Of a stretch of DNA of 64,000 nt, positions 14,101 through 26,443 are shown piece after piece (positions within the stretch are counted from its first letter, which is position 1; the number at the start of each line of letters is the position of its first letter). The notes under the pieces were generated by a model, which saw only the letters and a program-made list of their open reading frames with translations, made no database searches and was not told the DNA's origin. A program made the translations under genes and the position numbers. Source of the DNA: Octopus bimaculoides (lineage: Eukaryota); the NCBI RefSeq assembly GCF_001194135.2, contig NC_068982.1, positions 93,099,064-93,163,063 on the forward strand. Direction: 5' to 3'.

Positions 14101-17100
14101 TTCCCCCAATCCATTCAACTATTCACTTGTTTTCAAAACAATGGGTAATTATCCAAATAAAGAGAAACTAGAGATCTTGATTATTGTTCCAGAACTGAAC
14201 AAGAGTTCAATACCCAAACATGAATATGCCTAAAATATCAATTTAACAATATTGATGTAACAATAATATATTCTTTTATTCAATCATTTGTTTCAGTCAT
14301 TGGACAGCAGTTATGTTGGGGCACCATGTTTGAAGGGGATTTTGCTGATTGAATTATCCCAATACATATTTTGTACAAGTCTGGTACATATTCAAACTGT
14401 CTTCTTTGCTGAACTGCTAAATTAATGAGGATATAAACAAATACACTAGTTGTCAAGTGGTGAGATACAAAACAATTGAACACACATGTGCAAACACACA
14501 CACACACATGCAGATATATTTAAATGCAAATCAAAGAGAACTGTATTGATTAAAAACAAAAAATGAACCTACCTCAGTTTTAAATTTGATGAAGGGGCAG
14601 TTAGAATCCAAGATGATATGTTGAATAATATAACTGGAATTACTAATTCTCAAGTGAACCTGAAATATGTAAAACACATCATTCATTAACGTAAATTTCA
14701 TCAAGTTATCAATGCCATAAAAGTGAACTAATTATCACAGATTCTATGGAAGCACAAACAGGAAATTCATGTCACAGAAGCTTATTATTAATCTTTTTAC
14801 TGTCAAAAGGCTCAATAAGGATTGAACTTGACCACTAGCATAGCTAGGAGGATGGAGGGGATGGCACCACTTTTGGATCTTCTGTGGACAACATGTATTT
14901 TTTGAGAGGGCCCAGGAGCGGCAAACTGAAGGGCTGCCCTAAGCAGCACACACTCTAGCTATGCTAGTGGGCTTGACACTAATTTCTGTATGATAAATCT
15001 GATAAAACACAGCTGGACAGGAAATTTAATTCAAGAATAAGATGAAATGGGAATGATGGGACTCTAACATCAGAATTATTAAGCAGTAATGTAAAACAAC
15101 TTGCAGCTACTTGAGCCAATTTCACCATTATCCATTTCATAGGAATATTCCAAATTGAGACTATAACACGAGAAGAATTAAAATAACCTTAATCAACTTA
15201 CCTTCACTGTTGACCGGATTGGGCCAGATTCAATAATAGTTGCTTTCTTGTCAACATCTTTAATGATTTTTCTAAAAGAAAGAAAGGAATATACTGAGAA
15301 AAATGGTTTCAATTTCCCATGGGTAGAGTTGAACATTTCCTCTGTTTGTACTACTCCACTGAGAGCTGAAAATATTTGCTATGGGCATAGTACAACCTCT
15401 GTGGCAGGTGGTTGTGATAGAGTGGTTGTAATGAGATACTGCCATTTTGTGGAAAAATCAGAACCTTGTTAACTGGAAGATGGTGTTAGAGATACTGCTA
15501 GCCAGTTATGTTTATGGCACAGCTGTTTTGTCACTATTTTTGTAAACTGATCCTTCATATGATCTACTCTATCTGATACAATATAACAAACTAAGCAGTG
15601 AGAAATTTTACAGAAGATATCAGATTGTTTTGTATCCTGTCCTAGCATGTCTACCTTATTTCTGTTAATGCTCCTGTTTTTGCAATTTTTATGATAATAA
15701 CCAAAATGGTAATGTAGCTGTAATCAACCAAGGAAAACTTCTCTTGAGTATTAAAGAAGTTATATAATTTGTATAAACTATTTGTCTTTGATTTTATCAA
15801 TGCTTCATAAAGTTAAGGATGCTGCAAGATACCACTACAATGCTACCAGGTTAAGGCAGTGGATAATTAACTATTGATGCAAAAACCTATTTTTCAGAAT
15901 CATGTTAAAGCTTATTATGTAAATGACAAATTTAGACTGAGTAGACAATGATCAGCCAAGAGCGGTGCAACAGGGGCTCTGAATGTCTTGAATCCTCTTT
16001 GATGACAAAAACGAAACAAAACAGTTTGAGTTTTGAAATGATAGTCCAATTTGATTATATTAAACAAAAAAACAAAAAAAAAAAACAACAGAAAAGTAAT
16101 TGCATTTACATGTAGTTTATGATATCAACATAAATCTTTCAATATTACGCCATTTTAGAGATAATTTAAACATGATTGGAAACAAGCACCAAAACAGAAA
16201 ACGGTAAAAGTAATATCAAAGGTTATATAATATTACACACATGAATTAAAAGACCACACTCTCAAATCATTAAAGAGTCAAAATTTGGCAAATGTAAACT
16301 TGTTGTCCTGGATGTCAGCAAATGCAGTTCCTGGGGATAAAACAATCGCCTCAGTTGTAAGTAAATGTATTAAACAAATTTAATGACTAATAAGATAATT
16401 CAACTTGAGTCTCAAAAACTAATGAGAAAATATGAAATATTATCTACCTTGTCTCAAGATGATAATCCATAACATCCCAAGCATCCCAGTAGAGTGGAAC
16501 ATCATCAAAGATAACAAACTGGTTTCCAAGACCTTTGTGAAGAATAAATTCCCTAAAAATGCAATGCATCAGAGAAAAGTAATTTTTTATATCAAGAAAA
16601 TGAAAATCAAAACTTAATAAAAACAAACAAAAAATGAAATAGGCTATTGCTTCATTAATCTAGTTTTTTTTTCAATTTCAGAGTCAAATTAATTGCTAAA
16701 GCAAAATAAGGAATGATTCATTTTACTATTAAAGTCTGGGGGTCTTATGAGGGGTGTTCATTAAAGATTTCCTTTGGCCTACTTCCAGTTATTGCAGGAA
16801 ACCGAACTTGTACAGGTATAATCATACATGGCTCTACATGTCACATTGTAAATTGCAGCTTTCCACTAATATTCGTTTGTCTTTTACAGCTGCTGAAATG
16901 AACTAAGGTGTTATGGAAGCAATTGAATGTAGATCAGTGATCAGGTTCTTATATTTGAAATGTGATACACCAAAAAAGACTTTCAATGAGATGAAAGTTT
17001 ATTGTGATGATGCATCATCATATGATGTAGTCAAGCATTGGCATCACCAGTTCAAATGTGGTTGGACATTGGTGGAAACTGCTCCTATTCCTGGATGACC

Positions 17101-19019
17101 ACATTCAGGCATTGATAATGACACCATCCATAAAGTGGAAGCTGCCATTTTGGAGGATTGCCACATAACTATTCACAGCAGCTAGCCCAAGAAGTGGAGA
17201 TAAGTGTAGGGTCCATGGAAAAAATCATTCATGACCATTTTCACATGCGGAAGTTGTCTGCACAATGGATTCCATGGATGCTCACACCTTTTCAGAAGCA
17301 GGAATGAATCAATTGCTCCCAGGCTCTTTTGGCAATGTGCCAAGAAAATAAGGACTTTTTAGCAGACTTATCATGCAGGGTGAAACATGGGTCCATCACT
17401 ATGATCCTGAGACTAAAGTCTAGTCAAAGTAATGGAAGCATGATAACTCATCACCGCCAAAGAAGGCTTATGTCCAACTGCTCACAGACTTTTGGGACCA
17501 GTATGGAGTAGTGAAGATGGATTTTCTGGCAAAGGGCACTGCAATTAACAAGGTATATTATTCTTGTCTGCTGCAGAAATTGTGGGACAACAACATAGCA
17601 GAGAGACACGGCATGCTAACCAAAGGAATCTACCACCTCTAAAACAATGTCCCAGTTCTCAATGTTTGTGTTACCCAGATGAAAACACACTCCTGCGGCT
17701 ATGAAATCTTTCCTCATCCCCTTACTCTTGAACTCATGCCATCGGACTTCCACCTCTTTCCAACCATGAAGTCTTTTTTGAAGGGGAAGCACTTTTCAGA
17801 TGATGATGAATTTATTTCCGAGGTAAAGTCTTGGCTTCAGATGCAACCTACCGACTTCTACAGACGAAGTCTTCACAGCTGCATAAAGTGATGGGAGAAG
17901 TGTGTCACCATTGGTGGTGGCTATGTAGAGAAGGACTAATAATTATACCAAATTTTGTTTATCCCACTCCTTTGGAAATGAATCAGGGGAAATCTTTAAT
18001 GATCACCCCTTGTAAATATACATTATGGTATAGAAGTATTGTGGCTGAGATAAGGTATTACACTACCAGTTCACAAGTTCAGATTGGCAGCTAGCATTGT
18101 TTCAGAGCAAAACATAAATTGGCTATGTGGTAAGAAATTAACTTCCAACCACTTGGTTCAGTGTTCAGTCCTGCTGTGTGACATATTGGGCAAGAGTCTT
18201 CTACTATAGCCTCAGGTATGAAAGAATTACTTAAGACTATAGTAGAAGATACTTGCCCAAGGTATCACACAGTAGGACTGAACACTGAACCACGTGGTTG
18301 GAAGTTAACTTCTTACAACACAGCCACTTTATGTTTTGCTCTGAAACAATACTAGCTGCAGGTCTGAACTTGTGAACTGGTAGTATAATACCTTATCTCA
18401 GCCACATTATTTCTATACCATAATGTATTTTTAAACGCTATAGTACAAGGGGTGATTATTAAAGATTTCTCCTGACTCACTTCCTAAGGAGCAGGATAAA
18501 CAAAACTTGGCATAATTATTAGTCCTTTTCTGCATAGCTACCACCAATGGTGACACACTTCTCTCATCACTTTATGCAGCTGTGAAGACCTCCTCTGTAG
18601 AAGTCAGTAGGTTGTGTCTGGAACCAAGACTTTACCTCGGAAATAAATTCATCATCAAATTAGAGATGACACCCAACACTTAGGAACATCTATGGAAATC
18701 TGATACCAATATCCCTCAAGCTAAAGCAGAAACGGTCATAATTTGCTGGCCGCTGTCATCGAGCAGAGAAAGAGGTTATCTCATCCTGGCTCCTATGGCA
18801 TCCCTCTAGAAGTGTTTTCTCCAGGAAACTGACATTTCCAGATACTATATTTCGGGACTCAGGACTGACTATTAGCGATCTGAATACAGTAATGCAAGAC
18901 TGTGTAGTGTGGAAAGGAATTGTTGATGGAGTTCTGATCAACCATAGGTTGGTCGAAGGATGATCAAAACCTTGTGAGTAGATTTGGTAGACAGAAACTG
19001 AAAGAAGCCTGTCATATAT

Positions 19020-19083
<64 letters not shown>

Positions 19084-22000
19084 CTGTGTTTGTCGCCCCA
19101 TCATCACCACTTGACAACCGGTGTTGGTTTGGCAAATGAGACCGAGAGAATAAGTACTGGCTTAAAAAAAATAATAAGTCCTGAGGTCAATTTGTTTGAG
19201 TAAAACCCTTCAAGACAGTGCTCCAGTATGGCTGCAGTCAAATGACTGAAACAAGTAAAAGAATAAAAGAATAAAAGAATATAATCAAATGAAAATTACG
19301 AAACAATGTATATTTATGAATAAGTAAATTGGCGGTTTGGTCAAATCAATATTAGGACACAAAATGATGATGAGATTACTGAAAGACAAACATATTCTTA
19401 CTTTCCAGTGCTATTCACTTTCAAATTAGTTATCCTGCCACAGAAGTCCAATTTGACAGAAAGCACCTCATTTTCCATGAAAATGTATTCACCATCCTGG
19501 TTATTTCAAGTGAAACAAATACAAAAAAAAAAAAAAAATGTGAAATTAGAAATCAATGCATGGCAAATAAAACAATGTAAAAATTTAAACAAAACTTTTA
19601 TTGAAGTTTCCTTTTAGTTTCTGAGTCTTTGTTCAGACTCAAAATATTAAATATTGTTCCGTACAATATTAGAAATCTAAGCATCCAAGAAAAATTACAC
19701 TTAGGTATAACAATGCCTCTCTGAAATCAGAGACAGGGTGAGAAAAGGAGCCTTAATAAAAACAAGCGTTATCTTCAACAAGTTTGGTATTAACTGCAGA
19801 TGTCTAGCCATCCAGTTTATTGCAGTCAAGATAAAGAAAAAACAAAAAAATAATTAAAAAGAAACATGTTAATCTTTGGTTGTTGGAATGTAAGAACTTT
19901 ACAAGACAGCAAAGACAGTCTAGAATGAAAAACCACTAACTGCAAAGGTAATTGGCTCATACAATATTGATATTACTGCTCTAAATGAAACCAGACTTGT
20001 GGATTCTGGTGAATTAGAATTTGGGAGTGGTTACACATTTTTGGGAGCATAAAGCTGGTAGATAAGCCAACAATTCATGGTTTGGGATTTGCCATTAAAT
20101 CCATTTTACTTCATAGGTTGCCATCCATCTCTTAAGCTATTGATGACTATCTCATGACCTTTCATGTACCCGTAGGTAATTCCTCATTAATGCACATTAT
20201 CAGTGCATATGCACTAACTTCATCAGCATCTGAACACGATCATAATATTCTCTGCTCTAAATTGCAAACAGTTATCAGTAAAATTCCATATCACGACAAA
20301 GTTATAGTGATGGGTGATCTTAATGCCAGAATGGGTAACAAATTACACAGTGTGATCAAAAGTAACAGAAAAACATGGAACAAGAAAAGTGGACATGGGG
20401 AAAACTATATCTTGATATCTTAGAATTTTGGGTTTCAATGGCAAGGTAATATAATTACAGATTGGTGACTATATAAGGTGTACAAAATAAAATAATAAAA
20501 ATGAAATGGCTTACCTCATAAGCCTTTGATTTGCAATTACGAGCTTGAATTATGTTCGTATGGTATAGGTCATGGGATGAATATAGAACTACAAAAATAC
20601 AAAAGACAAAAACTTGACAATTCCAAAATATAAAAAGCAATCATCCAGAGATATATTTAGAGAAGAAGAACTATAAATAGATGGGAATGTAATTCTAATA
20701 GTACAAGAATCTAATAAAACAGTGCAAAATGAAAAAATAAAAAATAAAGAGTTTGAAAATTGGTGAGAGTTACACATTGTTTTGCTTGACTTATTTGACC
20801 ATACTTCTTTTAAAAATTCTGGGAACAATAGCTGGCACTAATAGGATTAATTTTAAACCCTAACTTTTAAAATTCCACCACTTTTAAAAAAGTGAATCCT
20901 ACAAATAAGATGTTTGATTATGTGTTGTCTTGGATCTGGAGTTTTTGTTCATTTAACTAAATTTCATTTTCCATTTTATAATTTATTCTGCTTGTCATTG
21001 GATAAAAAAAAATCATACCAAACAAATCCACTACTCCTTCATGCACTTTTAAAAGATGAAAATTCTTGACATTTATACATCAACATTATATACATAAAAC
21101 ACAGAATACATGATAACTAGCATTATCATTTATTGCCCATGGGTTTTACTGGCATGGATCTGATGAGTCTAAGGACTGCATCATGTTCCACTGTTTACTT
21201 TGATATGGAATCTAAGGCTGGGTACCCTTCCTAACACCAACCACTTTACAATGTATACTGGGTGCTTTTCTGTGCTACCTGTACTAGTAAGGTTGCCATC
21301 CAGCTTGCAAGACTGCAAAACCTGAATGAGGCAGCTTTATGCTAGGAAATGAGGGGGGGGGGTTAAAGTATGAAAGAAGGGGGCCAGAGCAAAATTGGTT
21401 TCTTGCTATAGAGAAGCTACATGGCTACTCAAACAGAAGAAAGATAAATGCTACAACACTGCAAAAGTAAAATGAAAACTAAATGAATTTCAAGAGTCAG
21501 AAGAAATACACAAGGCATTTTGTTCAGTATTCAATTGATTCTATCAGTCCACCATACTCATTTTCTAATTTAATAATGATTTCTTACATAGGCACAAGGC
21601 CAGACTTTCTCATTTAATAATTATTTCTAAATTCTAGCACAAGATTCACAGATTTGGCATAGGGGACACATTGATTACAGTACTTGACTAGCACTTATTT
21701 AATTAACTCTGAAAGAATGAAAAGTAAAGTCAGCCTTGGCAAATTTTGAACTCAGAGCATAAACAGTCGATGGTTAGCATTTTGTCCAACACATTAACGA
21801 TTCTGCCAGCTCACCGCCTTATTTTCCTTGTTACTAACAACAGCAAAGAGAAGAAGAAAAAATGCATAAGTATAGGTGTGTGGTTAAGAAGCTTGTTTGG
21901 TAATCACATGGTTTCAGGGTCAGTTCCACAATATGGGACTTTGGGAAAGTGTCTTCTACAATAGTTCCAGGCAAGTGTCTTCTACAACAGTTCCAGGTAA

Positions 22001-25000
22001 AGCAATAAATACTGGAGTGATTTATTTGATTAAAGCCCTTTAATGCTGTGCCCCAGCATGGCTGCAGTCCAATAACAAAAAAAAAATATATAAATAAAAG
22101 GTAAAAACATAAAGAAAACAAAACCATTCATACCTAATTTGTTTCCTTCATGGTCAATTTGACACTCATCAGTATGATATTGTTGAGGCAGTGTTGAAAC
22201 TTCATCTCTTTTCCACATCAAAGTATTGACTACTAAGGGAGTTTTGGATTTGACATTCTTCAAGTAAAGAAAAAGAATATAATAATTTCTATTATTGGCC
22301 ACAAAGACCCACAATACTGGGAACAGTACAATGACAAATACAAAACAGTGGTAATTTGCAATGAATAAAAAAATTAAAATCAACAAAAACATCAGATGAC
22401 AGTCAAGAAAAGGTTTCTGATACAGGATAAACCCTACACAATGTCTTGGGTTGGTCCGAGTCATCATTAGTGATCTCTTCCTGTTATTTTCCTCCTGCTT
22501 ATTGTTCTGATAATCAAAAGATAATATATGTTCACTATTTCTAATAGCATTCAGTTTTTTTACTCTTAATAGCTGCTATATTATCCACTAGATTAGGCAT
22601 AGCAGAATACAGTGTGTATACATTAAGTATAATACATAGATGGTGATTTTAATTTAATGCCTTTTCAGTTGCATACACAGAATTTTTCTGCAGCCATGTA
22701 AGCTTCTACTTTATCAGTAAATGTTTTATTCATTGTTTCCTATATATTGAGACAAATTTCATTTAAGCAAGCAACAATCAGGTGCATGGCATTGACAAGC
22801 CTCAGTAATGTAAAGTGTATCAACCTTTCTCATGAGTCACTGCAAGAAAGTTTCTCTCACTTTGATATATTATATTATGGCTTTAATACAAAATTACGAA
22901 GCAATTTTATCTCAAACAGTTCCACTACACAAAGCCTTCTGACAGTGTGTGCACATTTTATATAAATACAAAAATGGCAATATATATATATAATTTGGAA
23001 ACTTAAAATTGAAGGGACCAGTTTCAACATCAAATGGGAAATCCTCTCCAAATTCAGACTATATTAATGGGTCTAAAAAATGTTCAGTGTGTCCTCTTGA
23101 AAAACTGTATCTCTTAAAAAACTTGAGAACCTCCAACAAATGCATAAATTCAAGGAATGAAATTTTTTCTGTATGTCTGCATTTAAAGAAATACATCTTG
23201 TCAGAATTTAAAAGTAGACCACCAGACACTTAGTACAACACCATTAACATCTTGTTTATGTTTGTTTGACATTGAATCATTGTAATGTTGGTTATCTCCC
23301 CTGTGTTTTTCTCCTTGTTTTCTTCTTTACAAGCATTATCTGCTCTAAAGACAACTGACATACAGTCTTGTTTTCAGCTTGATAAATGGGGGAATAAATT
23401 ATTATTTCAACCAGGAACCCTGGTTAGCTATATTTACAAGATTTATGGTTATTTATTTTAAGATTACACAAGTTTGCATGATTTTTGGTGATTAAATGTC
23501 TACATAACTTTTTACGGCAATTTTTTTACTCTGATTTCAGATCTGTTGTTAGTTTTTCTCCATCACATCTAGTTTTTCTATAATAAAGCTCTGTTTATCT
23601 TTTTCTGTATTATGGTATCAGAGAATCAGATGACAGTGATTATCTGATTTATTTTGCTCAACAAAACAGATTGCTATAAACCAATGCTGACCTAATATTA
23701 GTAAAAGTAAAATAGCAGCCAATGTGAAGTTTAATGAACAGTTAGTTATTGGCAACTCTGAGAGATGACGTGACCTTGAAAAGCTGTGTACATTGTTGCT
23801 AATTGATGCTTTAGTGTTGTTGTAGTATTTCCAGAGGTCAGTTGTTGGTGATATTTACTTATAAACTCCATTTAAAATGAGTATATATAGACGTAAGTGA
23901 ATGAACAATCCAGACATATTCTGCTACATTTGTGACAGATATGTTGTCATTAAGCAGAGACAAAATATAACTGATCTTGTAAAAATAGTATACTTTGCTT
24001 ATATTGGTGTTAAATTCGGTGATGAAGACAACCTTTGGGCTCCATACAAAGTATGTCACATTTGTATGAAAGGTCTGAGACTCTGGAGAGCCAGTAAGAA
24101 AAAAGAAATGCCCTTTGGAATACCAATGGTGTAACGAGAGCTGAGTAACCATGCTGATGATTGTTATTTATACATTGCTAAAGTTGATGGGTACAGTGCA
24201 AAAAATAAACATAAGATAGTGTATCATAGCATTCCCTTGGCTATACGGCCTATTGCACACCGGGTTGACATTCCAGTTCCTCTCCCCTCACCTGCCAAAG
24301 GTCTCAGTCACTTGTCATCACTTTTGTTAGACCCAACATTCGAAGATCATGCTTATCCCACCTTATCCCATGTCTTCCTGGGTCTACCTCTTCTACAGAC
24401 TCCCTCCAACAGTTAGAGATCAGCATTTGTTTACACAGCTGTCCTCATCAATACACATCACATGACCATACCAGCACATTCATCTCTCTTGCACACCAAA
24501 TCTGACACCTCTTATGCCCAGTATTTCTATCAAGACATTTACACTGTCATATATGCACATTAACATTGCACATCCAGTGAAGCATACTGGCTTCATTTCT
24601 TTCAAGCCTTCACTTGTCCTCAGCAGACACTGCTCAAGCTTTACTGCCATGGAGCACAGCTGTTTGCACACAGGCATCATACAATCTGCCTTTCACTCTG
24701 AGGAAGAGTCTCTTTGTTACCAACAGAGGTAGAAGCTCTTAACTTTGCCCAGCCTATTCTTATTCTAGTAGCTACACTCTCAGAGCACCCACTTCCACTA
24801 CTGACTTGGTCACATACTAATGTTTGTTTTCGTGTTTAGTGTAATATAATCTATTTTGTGTTAATCAGAGGAGTTACTCTAAATTTCGCAGAGAATAAGA
24901 TTGTTCTTGAATAAGAATGTTGCTGACAGTGACTTTGAAGTTTTGGCTCCTTAAGCCACCATCAGCTGTAATAATAAACATGCACACATACATACACACA

Positions 25001-26411
25001 GTAGGTTTCTATACAATTTCCATCTACTAAATCCACTCACAAGGTATTGATTGACCTAAAGCTATAGATGTTGAAGAAACTTGGCCAGAGTGTCATGCAG
25101 TGGGATAGAACTGAAGTCATGTGATTATGAAGTGAATTCTGTATTCACAGATATGCCTGTGCCTATCCATGCATGTGTGTGTGTGTATGTGGGGGGATAA
25201 GGTGTGCTTGTAGAACATTTTTTTTTCTGAGTGAGTACTGAAAAGAAATAAGGATGAAAAATGAAGGATACTAACATCTTGAGTACAATGTATGGCAGCA
25301 TCAATAAGTGCCTTCCCACTGGCTTGAATATCTAGAGGAGAATAGAATAATATGCAAATATAAACAGAAATCAATGTAGATTCAAACTAAACAAAGTTAT
25401 GCATCAGAAGCTATGTTAATCTTAGTGACCAAATGATGCCATCCACATGGAAAACAATCAGTCAACACTAACACAATGTAGTAAAGAAGAAAACTTTAAT
25501 TAATTCAAACTTTCTCAGCAGTGAAACAATAAAAACATTGCTGTATTTTTCAGCATACAAGTTGAATTTTTCTAACCAAAATGTACAGCCAGAAAAGGTA
25601 AGTTAACTTATACACCAAGGCAACTCTTGAGGACCAAAAATTCCATGTAAAATGCAATGGGATTTGGAAAGCTAGTGACAACGTTTGAATGCTTACACTA
25701 CATGTTTACACTATATACTATGTCATCTTGTATGTTGGCAAATATGGTAGATCAGTGCTTAAATATGATCAAGTCAGATAACTTTGAAATTTCAATTAAT
25801 TGATATTTAGAATTACACTTTCAGTGAAAGGAAAAAAAATTTGATTAATATATTAATGTAGTGACAGCGAAAATTTATGGTGATATGCAATAATATACTT
25901 TAGAATGGATATTAGAACAATCTGATCTGCAGTAAACATGATGATAAAACTGGCTAAGTTTCAATATTATTACATTTCTTAATCCTAATAACCAACAATA
26001 GAGAAGTTATGCTGACTTTCAAAGAGTTTGAGTCATCTCTATCATTTCAAGTTTTCACCAACATTCAGAAGGTTGTCTTATTCTTGGCAAGAAGAGACTT
26101 CTCTGTGATGTCTCCAAGCCTTTGGTCTTCTCTTTTCCACAGAAGAATGTGGAAGCAAGCCAAAATGAGAAGGGGGATTAAAAGTAAAGCAAGAAAAAAG
26201 CCAGAGCGATAGGAGTAAGATAGTGATAAAAGTGAGAGTAATGCAGGAGGGAAAGGAGAGAAAAAAGGGGATGAGAGAGTGAGGAAGTGATATATTATGA
26301 CATGATGAGTGTTGGTAAAGAAATTCAGTAGAAATAGCATGAGTAGCATGGTGGTGGAGAGTGATAGGAGGTATACAGGTTGATAGAACAGGGAGAACTT
26401 GAAGAGAGAGT

Positions 26412-26443
<32 letters not shown>

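Larger units (their letters stand above)
18115..19280 (+). mobile_element. SINE family 1 split into 18115-18216 and about 18960-19280
   Basis: Head stops at ctatagcctcagg; body resumes at gatcaaaaccttgtgag (consensus gcctcgggccgaccaaagccttgtgag). Confidence 0.8.

Noticed and set aside
21157-21185. CTGATGA-GTC-TAAG-GAC hammerhead-like stem II
   Set aside because: It is followed by TGCA rather than GAAA and lies in a family-3 SINE.
25262-25275. U12-type donor GTATCCTT 4 nt downstream of the exon 18 donor
   Set aside because: Using it gives phase 1. I found no matching phase-1 acceptor or good TCCTTAAC branch site before exon 19, and the U2 donor GTTAGT keeps the frame.
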